In this document: piece by piece, positions 28,457 to 38,431 of the stretch
How the letters are laid out: each line of letters starts with the position of its first letter
Numbering within the stretch: the stretch's first letter is position 1
DNA from: Promethearchaeota archaeon
Lineage (GTDB): Archaea; Asgardarchaeota; Lokiarchaeia; Sigyniarchaeales; SOKP01
DNA: 64,000 nt
Assembly (NCBI GenBank): GCA_016840085.1
Contig: JAEOTA010000056.1
Coordinates: 1 to 64,000 of the forward strand
Direction of reading: 5' to 3'
Made by a program: the position numbers and the translations under genes
The notes under the pieces: generated by a model
Databases searched by the model: none
What the model was told of the DNA's origin: nothing
The model's input: only the letters and a program-made list of their open reading frames with translations

Positions 28457-30136
28457 TTGTCTAAAGAAATACTCGAACAAATTACGGAAGCTTCTTTTAA
28501 AGGAGATTATAAAACAATTGGACGATTAGTGAGAAAAGCACGAAGAGAAGGATATTCAAATGAAAAGATAATAGGTGCGCTCTCTGCAGGATTAATTGAT
28601 GTAAGTGAAAAGTATAAGAAACAGGGTATGTATTTAGATGACATTATTAAAGCTGCGGGAGCATTTGAGGCAGGATTTCAATCTTTAGGTTTACAAGATG
28701 AATCTAAAGAACCAGAGAAAAAAGTAGTTTTGGGAGTTATGGGGGGACCTTGGACAATAGGAACAAATATTGTAGCAGCAAATTTGAAAGCCCATGGTTT
28801 TGAAGTAATTAATGCAGGATCTGATATTTCACCCAAAGAAATTGCTGAAACAGTAAAAAACAGTAAAGCAAAAATCGTAGCATCGGCAATTTACTTGATG
28901 CAATCAATTAAAGATATTGAGAGTTTAGAAAATCAATTATGGAAAAATGGAATTCGTCATAAAATTCGAACAATTCTAAGTGGTCCAGCAGGTTCAAAAC
29001 AACTAGCGGAGAAATATAATTATGATGCATTTGTTAAAGACGTAAACGAGTTAATTGTTAAAGTAAAAGAATTCTCGGACGATCTCAAATCAGAAATGAC
29101 CTCATATGATAGAGTTATGACTTCTGTTAAACATAGTGAACCCGATAGAGTTCCGTTTATGCCATTTGCCCAAACGTTTACAGCCAAATTTGCGGGAATT
29201 CCATTTTCAGAATATGTAAGTAAAGCTGAAAAATTTGTTGAGGCGCAGTTAAAAGCTTACAATTTTTTTGGATGGGATGCTCTCTGTTTTTCATCTGATG
29301 TAGGGATGTATGCTGAAGCATTAGGAGCAAAAATTGAATTTCCTTATGATGATGTACCAAGAATAGCTAAACCTGTGCTTAATCATACTTCAATGTATAA
29401 AGATTTCATATCACTTGAAATTCCAAATCTTAATAATGCAGGACGGTTAACAGAGTCAATTAAAGCAATAGAACTCACAAAAAAAGAAGTAAAAAATGAA
29501 GTGCCGCTAATTGGTTGGACAGAAGGACCATTTCAAGGAGTCACATTATTAGCAGGAGGTGATCTTATGCAATTTTTTTATGTATTAGAACATCCTGATG
29601 AATTTAAAGAAATATTAGATTGGTACGCAAATTTTGAAATTGAAGTTGCTGAAGCTATGTATGAAGCTGGCGCTGATATAATTGGTGTTGGAGAAACTGC
29701 AGCATATTTCATGTCTCCAAAATTCTATGAGGATTTTTGTTTGAAACCAGAAAAAAAAGCCTGTAATGCTATAAAAAAGATGCGTATGATTCCACTCATT
29801 CATTGTTGTGGATATGTTCCACAATGCATTCATTTTGCAAAAGAAACAAATCCGGGTGGGGCCATTCAATTTGATTATCAAGTTGATTTGGAATGGGCAA
29901 AAAAACTTATCGGTGATGAGGTAACTATTATGGGAAATCTTAATTATAATAAATTACTTACAGCAAGTCCACAACAAGTATATGAAGATTGTGCGACACA
30001 TATTAAAATAGCTGCGCAAGGAGGAGGGTATTGGTTAGCTTTTGGTTGTGAAATACCTCGTGATCTTCCAATACAGAATCTTAGAGCAATTTTACGTGCA
30101 ACTAAAACTGTAGCGAAATATTCTTTTAACAAATAA
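28457..30136 (+). CDS. Corrinoid-binding-like domain fused to a MtaA/CmuA (URO-D superfamily) methyltransferase
   Basis: N-terminal B12 cap plus Rossmann domain; C-terminal EPDRVP, LIHCCG and GCEIP zinc-ligand motifs. Confidence 0.85.
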   Translation: MSKEILEQITEASFKGDYKTIGRLVRKARREGYSNEKIIGALSAGLIDVSEKYKKQGMYLDDIIKAAGAFEAGFQSLGLQDESKEPEKKVVLGVMGGPWTIGTNIVAANLKAHGFEVINAGSDISPKEIAETVKNSKAKIVASAIYLMQSIKDIESLENQLWKNGIRHKIRTILSGPAGSKQLAEKYNYDAFVKDVNELIVKVKEFSDDLKSEMTSYDRVMTSVKHSEPDRVPFMPFAQTFTAKFAGIPFSEYVSKAEKFVEAQLKAYNFFGWDALCFSSDVGMYAEALGAKIEFPYDDVPRIAKPVLNHTSMYKDFISLEIPNLNNAGRLTESIKAIELTKKEVKNEVPLIGWTEGPFQGVTLLAGGDLMQFFYVLEHPDEFKEILDWYANFEIEVAEAMYEAGADIIGVGETAAYFMSPKFYEDFCLKPEKKACNAIKKMRMIPLIHCCGYVPQCIHFAKETNPGGAIQFDYQVDLEWAKKLIGDEVTIMGNLNYNKLLTASPQQVYEDCATHIKIAAQGGGYWLAFGCEIPRDLPIQNLRAILRATKTVAKYSFNK

Positions 30137-30299
30137 TTTTCATTATCAATGCCTCTCTTTTTAGTTGTTAGTTTTAATGAAAGATATAAATATGAGAAGT
30201 ATCATTAATTAGTTAAAATATTAATTTACTATTTGAGAATATTAATTAGCTTAAAGTAGATTTTATCAAAAGAAATTAATTTTAATTGGTTTGAATTAA

Positions 30300-30893
30300 A
30301 TGCCGGTATATCGAAATATCGGGGAGTTCCTTGAATTTATCAATATTAGCAACGATAAATTTACATTTTTTGAATGGAAGCCTTCCCAGTCGTTCAGAAG
30401 ATTTGATTTAGACCTAAATATCGTTAGAGAAAATGAAACTGCGGATATTTTTTTTCATAAAGATAAGGGTAATATGAAAATTGTCTATATAAGAAAAAAT
30501 AATCTTATTTATACAGTAGGGTCGAGTCCAGAAGTACAATTTCAATTATTAGAAGCATTACTAGAATATATAGATTTAAAATTCAATGAAACTTATGATG
30601 TTGAAGTTATTTTATCTTATGGTAATTTCTCTCCTAACATTTTTGATGGATTTAAAGAAACTACTAAAGATATTTTAGCTAATTTTGCAGAGTTAGATTT
30701 AGTAAAAAGAATTCACATAGAATGTAGAGTCTGTAAGAAAGTCTTACCTTTATTTGTTAAAAAAAGCTTTATACAAAATGCTGAGTCCTATCCTGTTCCT
30801 ATTGTATATGTTCATGCAGGACATGCCACACTCTGTTTTATAGATCAAGATTTTCACCATCGTGGCGTAGAACTTGTTAATATTACAGGCTGA
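30300..30893 (+). CDS. Asgard-type hypothetical protein (longin-like N-terminus, CxxC/H C-terminal domain)
   Basis: Longin-like strand/helix pattern, then CRVC...YPVPIVYVHAGHA..FIDQDF..RG. Confidence 0.55.
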   Translation: MPVYRNIGEFLEFINISNDKFTFFEWKPSQSFRRFDLDLNIVRENETADIFFHKDKGNMKIVYIRKNNLIYTVGSSPEVQFQLLEALLEYIDLKFNETYDVEVILSYGNFSPNIFDGFKETTKDILANFAELDLVKRIHIECRVCKKVLPLFVKKSFIQNAESYPVPIVYVHAGHATLCFIDQDFHHRGVELVNITG

Positions 30894-30961
30894 ATAAGTT
30901 ATACTCAGTAATTTTATAATTAATTGTTCTCTTCTAAGAAGAGTTAATTTTAATCTATTAA

Positions 30962-32053
30962 TTGTTCAACAGAAGAAATTATTATAAGATCTTTATTCTT
31001 TTAATTAATATGGTAGAAAATCAGAATTCCAACGAAGAAGAAAATTTCTATGAAGATATTGTAAAAAAGACTAAAACAGGAATAACATTTCCAAAAGATT
31101 TAAGAGATCTATTATTCCAAGAAGATTCAGATGTATTTTTTAGGATAATAATTCCGAAAACAAAAGATAAAATAATTTTAGAGTTTTTAGCTGAAGAAGA
31201 GGTAAAAGAACTTTCAGAAAAAATAAAGGCTAAAAAACCGAAAGCAGCTAGAACTATAGGCGAAAAACGAGTTGTTAAAGCAAAAAAATCGATAGGACCA
31301 AGCCCCGCTTGGGGTGAATATTTTGTATATGATTTTGAGGCAAAAGACAAAATTCAACCTATTTTAGAATCTGCCTTTTATAAATTTAATGAAACTCCTG
31401 TCAATTTAGAAGATGCTATGGGACGTGTTAAATATGCGTTAGTCTCATTTCTCACACCTACTAAAACAGAAAATGCAAAATTATATTTTGCAGTCGAGAA
31501 GTTTTTATTAGATATTATAGAAAAATTCAATCAACCTAATTTACTTGATTGGATTTTTGATAAAGTTGTGCCAAATATAGAATCTAGATTCCTCTATGAA
31601 TTAGCATTATTGGAACTTGTAGAAGCTAGCTTAAAGTTTAAACGCTGGGAAAAAGCAGAACTCTATATTTTTCATGTCTTAAAAAACATAGATGAGTACC
31701 CAAAAACAGAAATGTATAATGTTATGAATAGCTTCAAACAATTAGTAAAAAAGGTAAAATGGGTTGAAAGATCAGATAAAATAGATATTCTACTTAAAGA
31801 AAAATTAATGGAATATGGGGAAGGCGTAGATGACGCTGATTATAAAATTCAGATTATTGAATTTTTAGAAGATTTGAAATATGTAGAACTTGCTTATGAA
31901 ATGGCTAAAAAAGTTCAAAAGAGTTTACCTCCTGAGAGTGTGAAAGTAGAAGATATCAGAAAAATAGTGAGAAGATTACACATTACTCCCGTAGAGAATA
32001 AACCCGAATCATCAGTAGATTTTGATGATGAAGAAGATGTAAAAGAGGAGTAA
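30962..32053 (+). CDS. Hypothetical protein: AbrB-like N-terminus plus helical solenoid
   Basis: GITFPKDLRDLL resembles the AbrB/MazE G.ITIPK..R motif; the rest is all-helical. Confidence 0.5.
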   Translation: MFNRRNYYKIFILLINMVENQNSNEEENFYEDIVKKTKTGITFPKDLRDLLFQEDSDVFFRIIIPKTKDKIILEFLAEEEVKELSEKIKAKKPKAARTIGEKRVVKAKKSIGPSPAWGEYFVYDFEAKDKIQPILESAFYKFNETPVNLEDAMGRVKYALVSFLTPTKTENAKLYFAVEKFLLDIIEKFNQPNLLDWIFDKVVPNIESRFLYELALLELVEASLKFKRWEKAELYIFHVLKNIDEYPKTEMYNVMNSFKQLVKKVKWVERSDKIDILLKEKLMEYGEGVDDADYKIQIIEFLEDLKYVELAYEMAKKVQKSLPPESVKVEDIRKIVRRLHITPVENKPESSVDFDDEEDVKEE

Positions 32054-32081
32054 TTTAGAGTCGAATTACAGAATAAGTATC

Positions 32082-33326
32082 TTAGGGTGGATTTTGTTCT
32101 TCTTCTTTTTTCTTTATTTCTTTTAATTTTTCTTCAACATGTTTAGCTTCTTCTTCTAAAATCTTTTGTTCTTTCTCTTTAATAATTTTCTCCTTTAATT
32201 CGAGCTCAACTTTAGACAATTCCTTTTCTTTCTCAATTAATTCCTCTTTTATTTTCAAAGTTTTCTCTTTTTCTAAAATCTCCTTTTCTTCTAATTCTTT
32301 TTCTTTCTCTTCTATTTCTAATTTCTTCTTTTTAATTTCTAAGTCTTTTATCTTTAATTCTATTTTTTTATCGATGATTTCGGATTCTTCTTTCTTTAAT
32401 TTTTTTGGTAATTTTTTTTTAACTTTTTTATCAATATCTATATCCTCTTCTGACAATTTACTCTCTTCTTCTAGCAATTCCTCTTTTAATTTTAATACTT
32501 TCTCTTTTTCTTTAATGGTTTTTTCTTCAATTTGCTTTTCTTTTTCTTCTAATTCTAATTTTTTCTTCTTAATCTCTAATTCTTTCTTTTTTAATTCAAT
32601 TTCTTTATCTATAACTTCAGCTTCTTCTTCCTCTAAGCTCCTTTCCTTTTTTTCTTCAGTAAATTCGACAATTTCTTCAATTTTTTCAACAGTCATAAAT
32701 CCTTTTAAAATATTATCAATATTTTTCTTTATTTCCTTATTTTCGGGAGTATTTACTATCTCTTTAGCATAATCAGTTAAAATTTTTGTTACTTTTGAAG
32801 GAGATTTTCGACCTATCGCTTTTAAAGCTTGAATCGCTTTCTCAACAACAAAATCTTTCTCGTCTGTAAGCTTTAAAGCTATGGTTTTAATTAATGATTC
32901 ATCATCTAAAGTTGTCTCTCCTCCTGCCATATATATTAACAACTGTAAATCTGCTTCTCTTACATTGGGATCATCAGAATTTAATAAATTTTCACTAAAA
33001 GGTAGAAATAAATCGCACTCATTTTCGCAAATTGTCTTTAATAGCAATAAAAATGTATATCTTAAGACAGAGTCTTTTGTGGAAAGGTTTTCTAATAACG
33101 AAGGGATGTCGATGATGATATTCTCAATTAGAAATCGTAATACCGTGCGTCCTCCATGCAAAATCAATAAATTCTCGATTACAATTTCAAGTCTATCTAA
33201 ATAATCCTCATCGGCAGCATCTCCAAGCAAAAGGGCAATAACTTGCACAACATCATCAAATCTCCCATCTTGTATAAAATCTTTAATTTGATTAATTTCT
33301 GTTAAATATTTTTCATTATTACTCAT
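32082..33326 (-). CDS. HEAT-repeat protein with a long E/K coiled coil
   Basis: DDPNVREA and D..VVEKAI.AL..IG repeats; duplicated ~57-aa E/K block. Confidence 0.75.
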   Translation of the reverse strand: MSNNEKYLTEINQIKDFIQDGRFDDVVQVIALLLGDAADEDYLDRLEIVIENLLILHGGRTVLRFLIENIIIDIPSLLENLSTKDSVLRYTFLLLLKTICENECDLFLPFSENLLNSDDPNVREADLQLLIYMAGGETTLDDESLIKTIALKLTDEKDFVVEKAIQALKAIGRKSPSKVTKILTDYAKEIVNTPENKEIKKNIDNILKGFMTVEKIEEIVEFTEEKKERSLEEEEAEVIDKEIELKKKELEIKKKKLELEEKEKQIEEKTIKEKEKVLKLKEELLEEESKLSEEDIDIDKKVKKKLPKKLKKEESEIIDKKIELKIKDLEIKKKKLEIEEKEKELEEKEILEKEKTLKIKEELIEKEKELSKVELELKEKIIKEKEQKILEEEAKHVEEKLKEIKKKEEEQNPP

Positions 33327-33356
33327 CTAAAATCACTTTCCTTTTAAATATTATTT

Positions 33357-34310
33357 TTATACCCGAATTATATAATAGTCCGTGTAAATGCGAGTTATAA
33401 AATTTAATATTAATCTTAAATCCCTAAATCTAAGGGCTATTCTTTTTTCATCCTCCGAATAATTATTAGTTAATAGAGATATTGATAGAGTTATTTCTAA
33501 ATTTTGATTTCTATCCATCTGTAAATGAATCTCATCACAATATTGCGTTAAAGCATTAAGATCTTCCCGGAATGTATTCCAAAAGTATAAATCTGCTTTA
33601 GAATCATCATCTTGGGAGGGTTCACTTTTAACTTGTTTAAGAACATCATAGGGAATTTTCACGGCTATTTTTACATACTTAGAAGGGATTAACTTTAAAT
33701 TTATTTCAGGAAAATATATCCCCGCATAAAGTCTACAGAGGTTATATAATAATTCTATACTTTCAATATCTTCACGATTTGCATTACAAAGAACATAATT
33801 TTCATTTAAAAATAACACATGAATCTTGTCACCGAATTTAAAAATTAAATAATTATCAGTTAAGATATAATTGAAATGTTCGTTCCTATTATTTATTCTA
33901 TCATCAAAAATTTTAAGAACATCATCCCATTTCTTAAAATTTATTAATTTATTTAATTTGCGATAATCTCCATGAAAAAAAACATCTAAAAAATCTATTA
34001 CATATAAATAACTATCATATGGTCGGTATACAATAGTTCTATTTCTAAAATCCCTCTCTATAACACCTTTATGTACACTGTAACAAAATTTAGGCAAATC
34101 TTCTATACTTAATCCATTTTTAATCCTTAATTTCAGTAAAAATCTTCTTGAGCACATAGGTGTTAAGGTACAAAGTATTCTATCGCGCTCACATTCCTCA
34201 AAACATAGGGTTTTTATTCTTTTATTGAGTAAGTCAAGTAACTCTGATTTGAATTTTGTATCTGATTCATTATCCAAAAAATGTGCTATGTGATTAGGTT
34301 GTAAAGGCAT
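33357..34310 (-). CDS. Hypothetical protein with N-terminal Cys cluster
   Basis: CFEEC..D..LC...P.C......FCYS.H. Confidence 0.7.
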   Translation of the reverse strand: MPLQPNHIAHFLDNESDTKFKSELLDLLNKRIKTLCFEECERDRILCTLTPMCSRRFLLKLRIKNGLSIEDLPKFCYSVHKGVIERDFRNRTIVYRPYDSYLYVIDFLDVFFHGDYRKLNKLINFKKWDDVLKIFDDRINNRNEHFNYILTDNYLIFKFGDKIHVLFLNENYVLCNANREDIESIELLYNLCRLYAGIYFPEINLKLIPSKYVKIAVKIPYDVLKQVKSEPSQDDDSKADLYFWNTFREDLNALTQYCDEIHLQMDRNQNLEITLSISLLTNNYSEDEKRIALRFRDLRLILNFITRIYTDYYIIRV

Positions 34311-34311
34311 C

Positions 34312-34363
34312 TAAGTATTAAAATCTAATATTTAAGTATTATAAGTATTAAAATCTAATATTT
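34312..34363. repeat. Perfect 22-bp direct repeat TAAGTATTAAAATCTAATATTT (30-bp period)
   Basis: Copies at 34312-34333 and 34342-34363, with a partial TAAGTATTA between them. Confidence 0.85.
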
Positions 34364-34502
34364 TTTATTGTTTTTTAAAGCATAATTAGAGAAGATAAGA
34401 ATTTATAATTATTGGATAATAAATAAAGAATTATTAATTATCATTTCTTTTTTTTTTATAAACCTTAATAATCTCTATTAAAACCATAAGGATAAACAAA
34501 AG

Positions 34503-36056
34503 ATGTTAAGACAAATTCATATTTTTTATTCAACGCAACACCTATTTGTTAAAGATTATGCTATTGCTTATGGAAATGAAGAATTGAAAAATGTAAAAGA
34601 AACAATTCTTAAATACATGGAGATGCCTATACCTGGAAAAACTTTCAATCGAAAAGTTTCTAATTATCAAATATTTCATAGAGGAGTAGGCAATTTGTAC
34701 TTTCTATTTATTACTGATTTAGTAGATTCACTTCAATACATTGAAACACTAATGGAAAATACAATAAAAAAATTTCAAGAATTATTTCCGAATCCTGAGA
34801 ATATAAACGAAACTAGTGACGTTAAAACTGAATTTATCAGTTTCTTAGATCAAATTCAAAGAGATTTAAGATCAAAGATTACAATTATAGGTCCAACCAA
34901 TGCCGGTAAAACAACTTTTTACGATATGTTAAGGAGTAACGGAGAAAAAATAATAATGGAAGTTGTTAAATCATCCAATTTATTAATAGATGGTTTAAGC
35001 TTTGAGATATGGGACTTTCAGTTAAAAGACAACTTCTCGCCTTTATGGGTAAAATTTATTGGTGGCTCTGATTTAGTGATTTTACTATTTAATTTATCAA
35101 ATTATAATTTAAAAAGTATGAATCAATTCTTAAATCTTCAAAAACTAGAGAGTAATTACTCAAAATTATTAATTATAGGGAATAAACGAGATTTAGTCGA
35201 GGATAAAGAGATTAAAAGGATTAAGAATGAACTTAATATTTATGAATTTAAAGAGATTTCATTAAATTCACCTGATGCAAAATCCATTATATTACAATAT
35301 ATTAAAGATGCTTTAGGTTTAAAAAGAGAAATTCCTGAAAATCTTGAAGAATCAATGGAAGAAGCAAATTATTTAGCTGAAAGTGGACAAAATGTTCAAG
35401 CATTAACAAAATATAAAGAACTAAATGCTTTATATGATTCATATCAAGACTTTGAACATGTAAAAATTATTCAAGAAAGGATTGAAGCGTTAAATGCTAA
35501 ACTAAAGAAACAGATGGAAATAAGAAAGGAAACTGCATTGAAAGAAGAATTTCACATCCCAATAGGTCTTAAATTTAAAAGAAAAATTTCTGTTAAGCCA
35601 TTACCAACTGTTAAACCTCTGGATCAGGCGTTTGAACCAGAAGAACCTGAAGTAACAGAACTTACTTCCTCTTCAGAATCTCCACATAAAATGGTTTCTT
35701 TTCAGAAATTAGAGAAAAAACCGATGGAACTAAAAATTTTTAAAACTTCTGACGTTCCTCCAAAACCTGTAATATTTTCTAAAGATAAAGAAGAGAAAAT
35801 CGAATTGGATGAATCAAAAATGCCAATTAAATTGTTTCCCCCTCATGATGAATTGACAGAAGAATTAAGTAAACCAAAAGCTATTGAATTCATACAGGAT
35901 TTACAAAGCATGATTATGGAAAAAGGAAGCACTTTAAGTTTGAAATTATGTGAACAATTAGTTTTAGATTTAGAACAATCTCTCGGTAGACCTTTATCAA
36001 TTGAAGATATAAAAATAGCAGCGGATTTTTTTGTGAAACAAGAACAAATTACATAG
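34503..36056 (+). CDS. Longin-like domain plus Ras/Arf-superfamily GTPase plus coiled coil
   Basis: G1 GPTNAGKT, degenerate G3 WDFQ, G4 NKRD; the N-terminal ~120 aa are longin-like. Confidence 0.8.
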   Translation: MLRQIHIFYSTQHLFVKDYAIAYGNEELKNVKETILKYMEMPIPGKTFNRKVSNYQIFHRGVGNLYFLFITDLVDSLQYIETLMENTIKKFQELFPNPENINETSDVKTEFISFLDQIQRDLRSKITIIGPTNAGKTTFYDMLRSNGEKIIMEVVKSSNLLIDGLSFEIWDFQLKDNFSPLWVKFIGGSDLVILLFNLSNYNLKSMNQFLNLQKLESNYSKLLIIGNKRDLVEDKEIKRIKNELNIYEFKEISLNSPDAKSIILQYIKDALGLKREIPENLEESMEEANYLAESGQNVQALTKYKELNALYDSYQDFEHVKIIQERIEALNAKLKKQMEIRKETALKEEFHIPIGLKFKRKISVKPLPTVKPLDQAFEPEEPEVTELTSSSESPHKMVSFQKLEKKPMELKIFKTSDVPPKPVIFSKDKEEKIELDESKMPIKLFPPHDELTEELSKPKAIEFIQDLQSMIMEKGSTLSLKLCEQLVLDLEQSLGRPLSIEDIKIAADFFVKQEQIT

Positions 36057-36217
36057 TTTTAATAACTTCTTCTACATAGTTCAAAAAAAGTTCACAACAT
36101 ACTTCTTTTAAAGCTATTTAATATTAGAAATTATGAATAAAGAATTGGTAAAGCTTTTTTGTAAAAGCTTAACTAATTCACTTAAACTTTAGTTAAAAAT
36201 TCAAATATTTAAGAAAA

Positions 36218-37723
36218 GTGTTAAAAATGAGTGCTATAAAAGAACTTCGGGAATATTTTGGCGAAATCATGACATTACATTATACACAAGCTGCTTTAGG
36301 ATGGGATCAAGAAGTAAATATGCAAAATTATCGTACACTGGAAGGAAGGTCTAAACAAGTATCTCTACTCGAAAAATTAATTCATAAACGAGTTACCTCT
36401 GAAAAAGTTGGTAAATTAATTAGGGAAGCTCAAAAACTTACTAATCTTACCGAAATTGAGAGTGCTATGTTGCGAGAAATAACCAGAGAATATGAATTAG
36501 AAACCAAATTACCCGAAAAATTAGTCATAGAAATTGCAGAAACAAGTATATTAGCCGCAAAAGAATGGAGAGAAGCCTACACTAAAAGTGAGTTTTCAAC
36601 TTTTCAAGAACTGTTAGAAAAAACAGTTGAATTGCAAAAGGAAAAAGCTACTAAACTGGCAACACATCCTGATATATATTCTACCCTTATTGATTTGTAC
36701 GAACCAGGTGCTACATATGGTTGGATTGCGAATATCTTCAATCCCATAAAACCAAAAATAATTGATTTCGTAAAAAAGTTAAATTCATCTTCAGATAAAC
36801 CTGATGATTCTATATTACATAAAAATTATGATATCAATAAGCAATTTGAACTTAGTTTTGAGCTTATAAAAAAATTACATTATGATCTAGGAATTGGGCG
36901 TCAGGACAGATCAACTCATCCCTTTACATCATCTTTAGCTTCAATGGATATTCGTATTACTACACGAACACGAGAAGATTTTCTTAATGAATGTATTTTT
37001 GGCACGATACATGAATGTGGTCATGCACTGTACGAGATGGGTATTAAGAAAGAGCTTCATAATACTATTTTGTGTAATGGTACTTCGATGGGAATCCATG
37101 AATCACAATCAAGAATGTGGGAAAATATCGTCGGGAGAAGTAAAGAATATTGGTCCTATTGGTATCCGACTTTTCAAAAATATTTCCCCGAAAATTTGAA
37201 AGAATATCCAATGGAAGAATTTCACCGTGCGGTCAACTGTGTTCAACCATCATTTATTAGAGTCAATGCTGACGAGGTCACATATGGTTTACATGTAATT
37301 TTAAGATTTGAAATAGAAAAAGACCTAATTGAAGGCAAAATCCAAGTAAATGAATTGCCAGAAATATGGAATTCTAGAATGGAAGAATACTTAGGAATTA
37401 TACCGGCTAATGATAAAGAAGGAGTTCTCCAAGATATACATTGGTCAATGGGAGCTATAGGTTATTTCCCGACCTATTTCTTGGGGAGCTTATATGCTTC
37501 GCAAATTTATTCAGATGCTATTAAGAAGATGCCACATCTTCCTGAAGATTATAAGAAAGGTGAATTTTCAAACCTATTAAATTACTTAAGAGAAAATGTA
37601 CATCAATACGGGAAAATTTACAGAGCCAATGATTTAATAAAGAGGATAACTGGAGAAGATCTAAATCCAGACTACTTTTTCAAATACATTGAGGAAAAAT
37701 TTTATCCAATCTATAAACTCTAA
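36218..37723 (+). CDS. Carboxypeptidase M32 (Taq family)
   Basis: HPF, DIRITTR, HECGH, HESQSR, IRVNADE and GYFPTY. Confidence 0.96.
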   Translation: MLKMSAIKELREYFGEIMTLHYTQAALGWDQEVNMQNYRTLEGRSKQVSLLEKLIHKRVTSEKVGKLIREAQKLTNLTEIESAMLREITREYELETKLPEKLVIEIAETSILAAKEWREAYTKSEFSTFQELLEKTVELQKEKATKLATHPDIYSTLIDLYEPGATYGWIANIFNPIKPKIIDFVKKLNSSSDKPDDSILHKNYDINKQFELSFELIKKLHYDLGIGRQDRSTHPFTSSLASMDIRITTRTREDFLNECIFGTIHECGHALYEMGIKKELHNTILCNGTSMGIHESQSRMWENIVGRSKEYWSYWYPTFQKYFPENLKEYPMEEFHRAVNCVQPSFIRVNADEVTYGLHVILRFEIEKDLIEGKIQVNELPEIWNSRMEEYLGIIPANDKEGVLQDIHWSMGAIGYFPTYFLGSLYASQIYSDAIKKMPHLPEDYKKGEFSNLLNYLRENVHQYGKIYRANDLIKRITGEDLNPDYFFKYIEEKFYPIYKL

Positions 37724-37795
37724 TCTATTTTTTTATTTTTTAAAAATTTTTAAAATAGACATTCTTTTATTTTATATTTCATAAGGATAGAAAAA

Positions 37796-38410
37796 ATGCT
37801 CTTACAAGTAAAAAAATTTTCAGAAAAACTTTTACTCCCCCTAGGTAAAAAGGTAAAACGAGTACCTGCAAATTATTTTACATTTTTTGGAGTAATTACC
37901 GCATTTATAACTTTCATAGGTTTTTTATTTCAATTTCTGTTATTAGTCATAGTTTTCTTGTTTATTACTGAATTTTTTGATCAACTAGATGGAGTAGTAG
38001 CCCGTCTTCAAGGTCCTACAGAATTGGGCGCATTTTTAGACTCAATGTTAGATAGAATAGGAGATTTTTTCATATTTGTTGGTGTTATTCTTAGTGGATA
38101 TACCACTTTTGAGATTGGAATTATAGTGTTAATTGGCGCCTTTTTGACTTCATATTCTAGAGCAAAAATAGAAGTTTTAGGTATCGAGAATCTTTATGGT
38201 GTAGGCTTACTCGAAAGAACGGATCGAATACCAATCTTATTCATTGGAGCACTTTTGCAAATTTGGTTTCCTATAGCTATTTGGTGGACTATGATAATTT
38301 TAGCAGTTGGAACTAATATAACAGTGATTCAAAGAATAATTTTTGCTTATCGAAACTTTTCAAAAAACCAAAAAGAACGTAAACTTAAAGCATTGAGAAA
38401 CGTTAAATAA
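37796..38410 (+). CDS. CDP-alcohol phosphatidyltransferase (archaetidylinositol-phosphate synthase-like)
   Basis: D.LDG.VAR....T..GAFLDS.LDR motif. Confidence 0.92.
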   Translation: MLLQVKKFSEKLLLPLGKKVKRVPANYFTFFGVITAFITFIGFLFQFLLLVIVFLFITEFFDQLDGVVARLQGPTELGAFLDSMLDRIGDFFIFVGVILSGYTTFEIGIIVLIGAFLTSYSRAKIEVLGIENLYGVGLLERTDRIPILFIGALLQIWFPIAIWWTMIILAVGTNITVIQRIIFAYRNFSKNQKERKLKALRNVK

Positions 38411-38431
38411 GAGAATTTTTAATATTTTTTT

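Noticed and set aside
32374-33204. Antisense Ser/Phe-rich ORFs and similar short overlapping ORFs in the track (e.g. 8701, 9197, 29615, 31048, 44976, 58205)
   Set aside because: They lie opposite or inside well-supported genes and carry no motifs.
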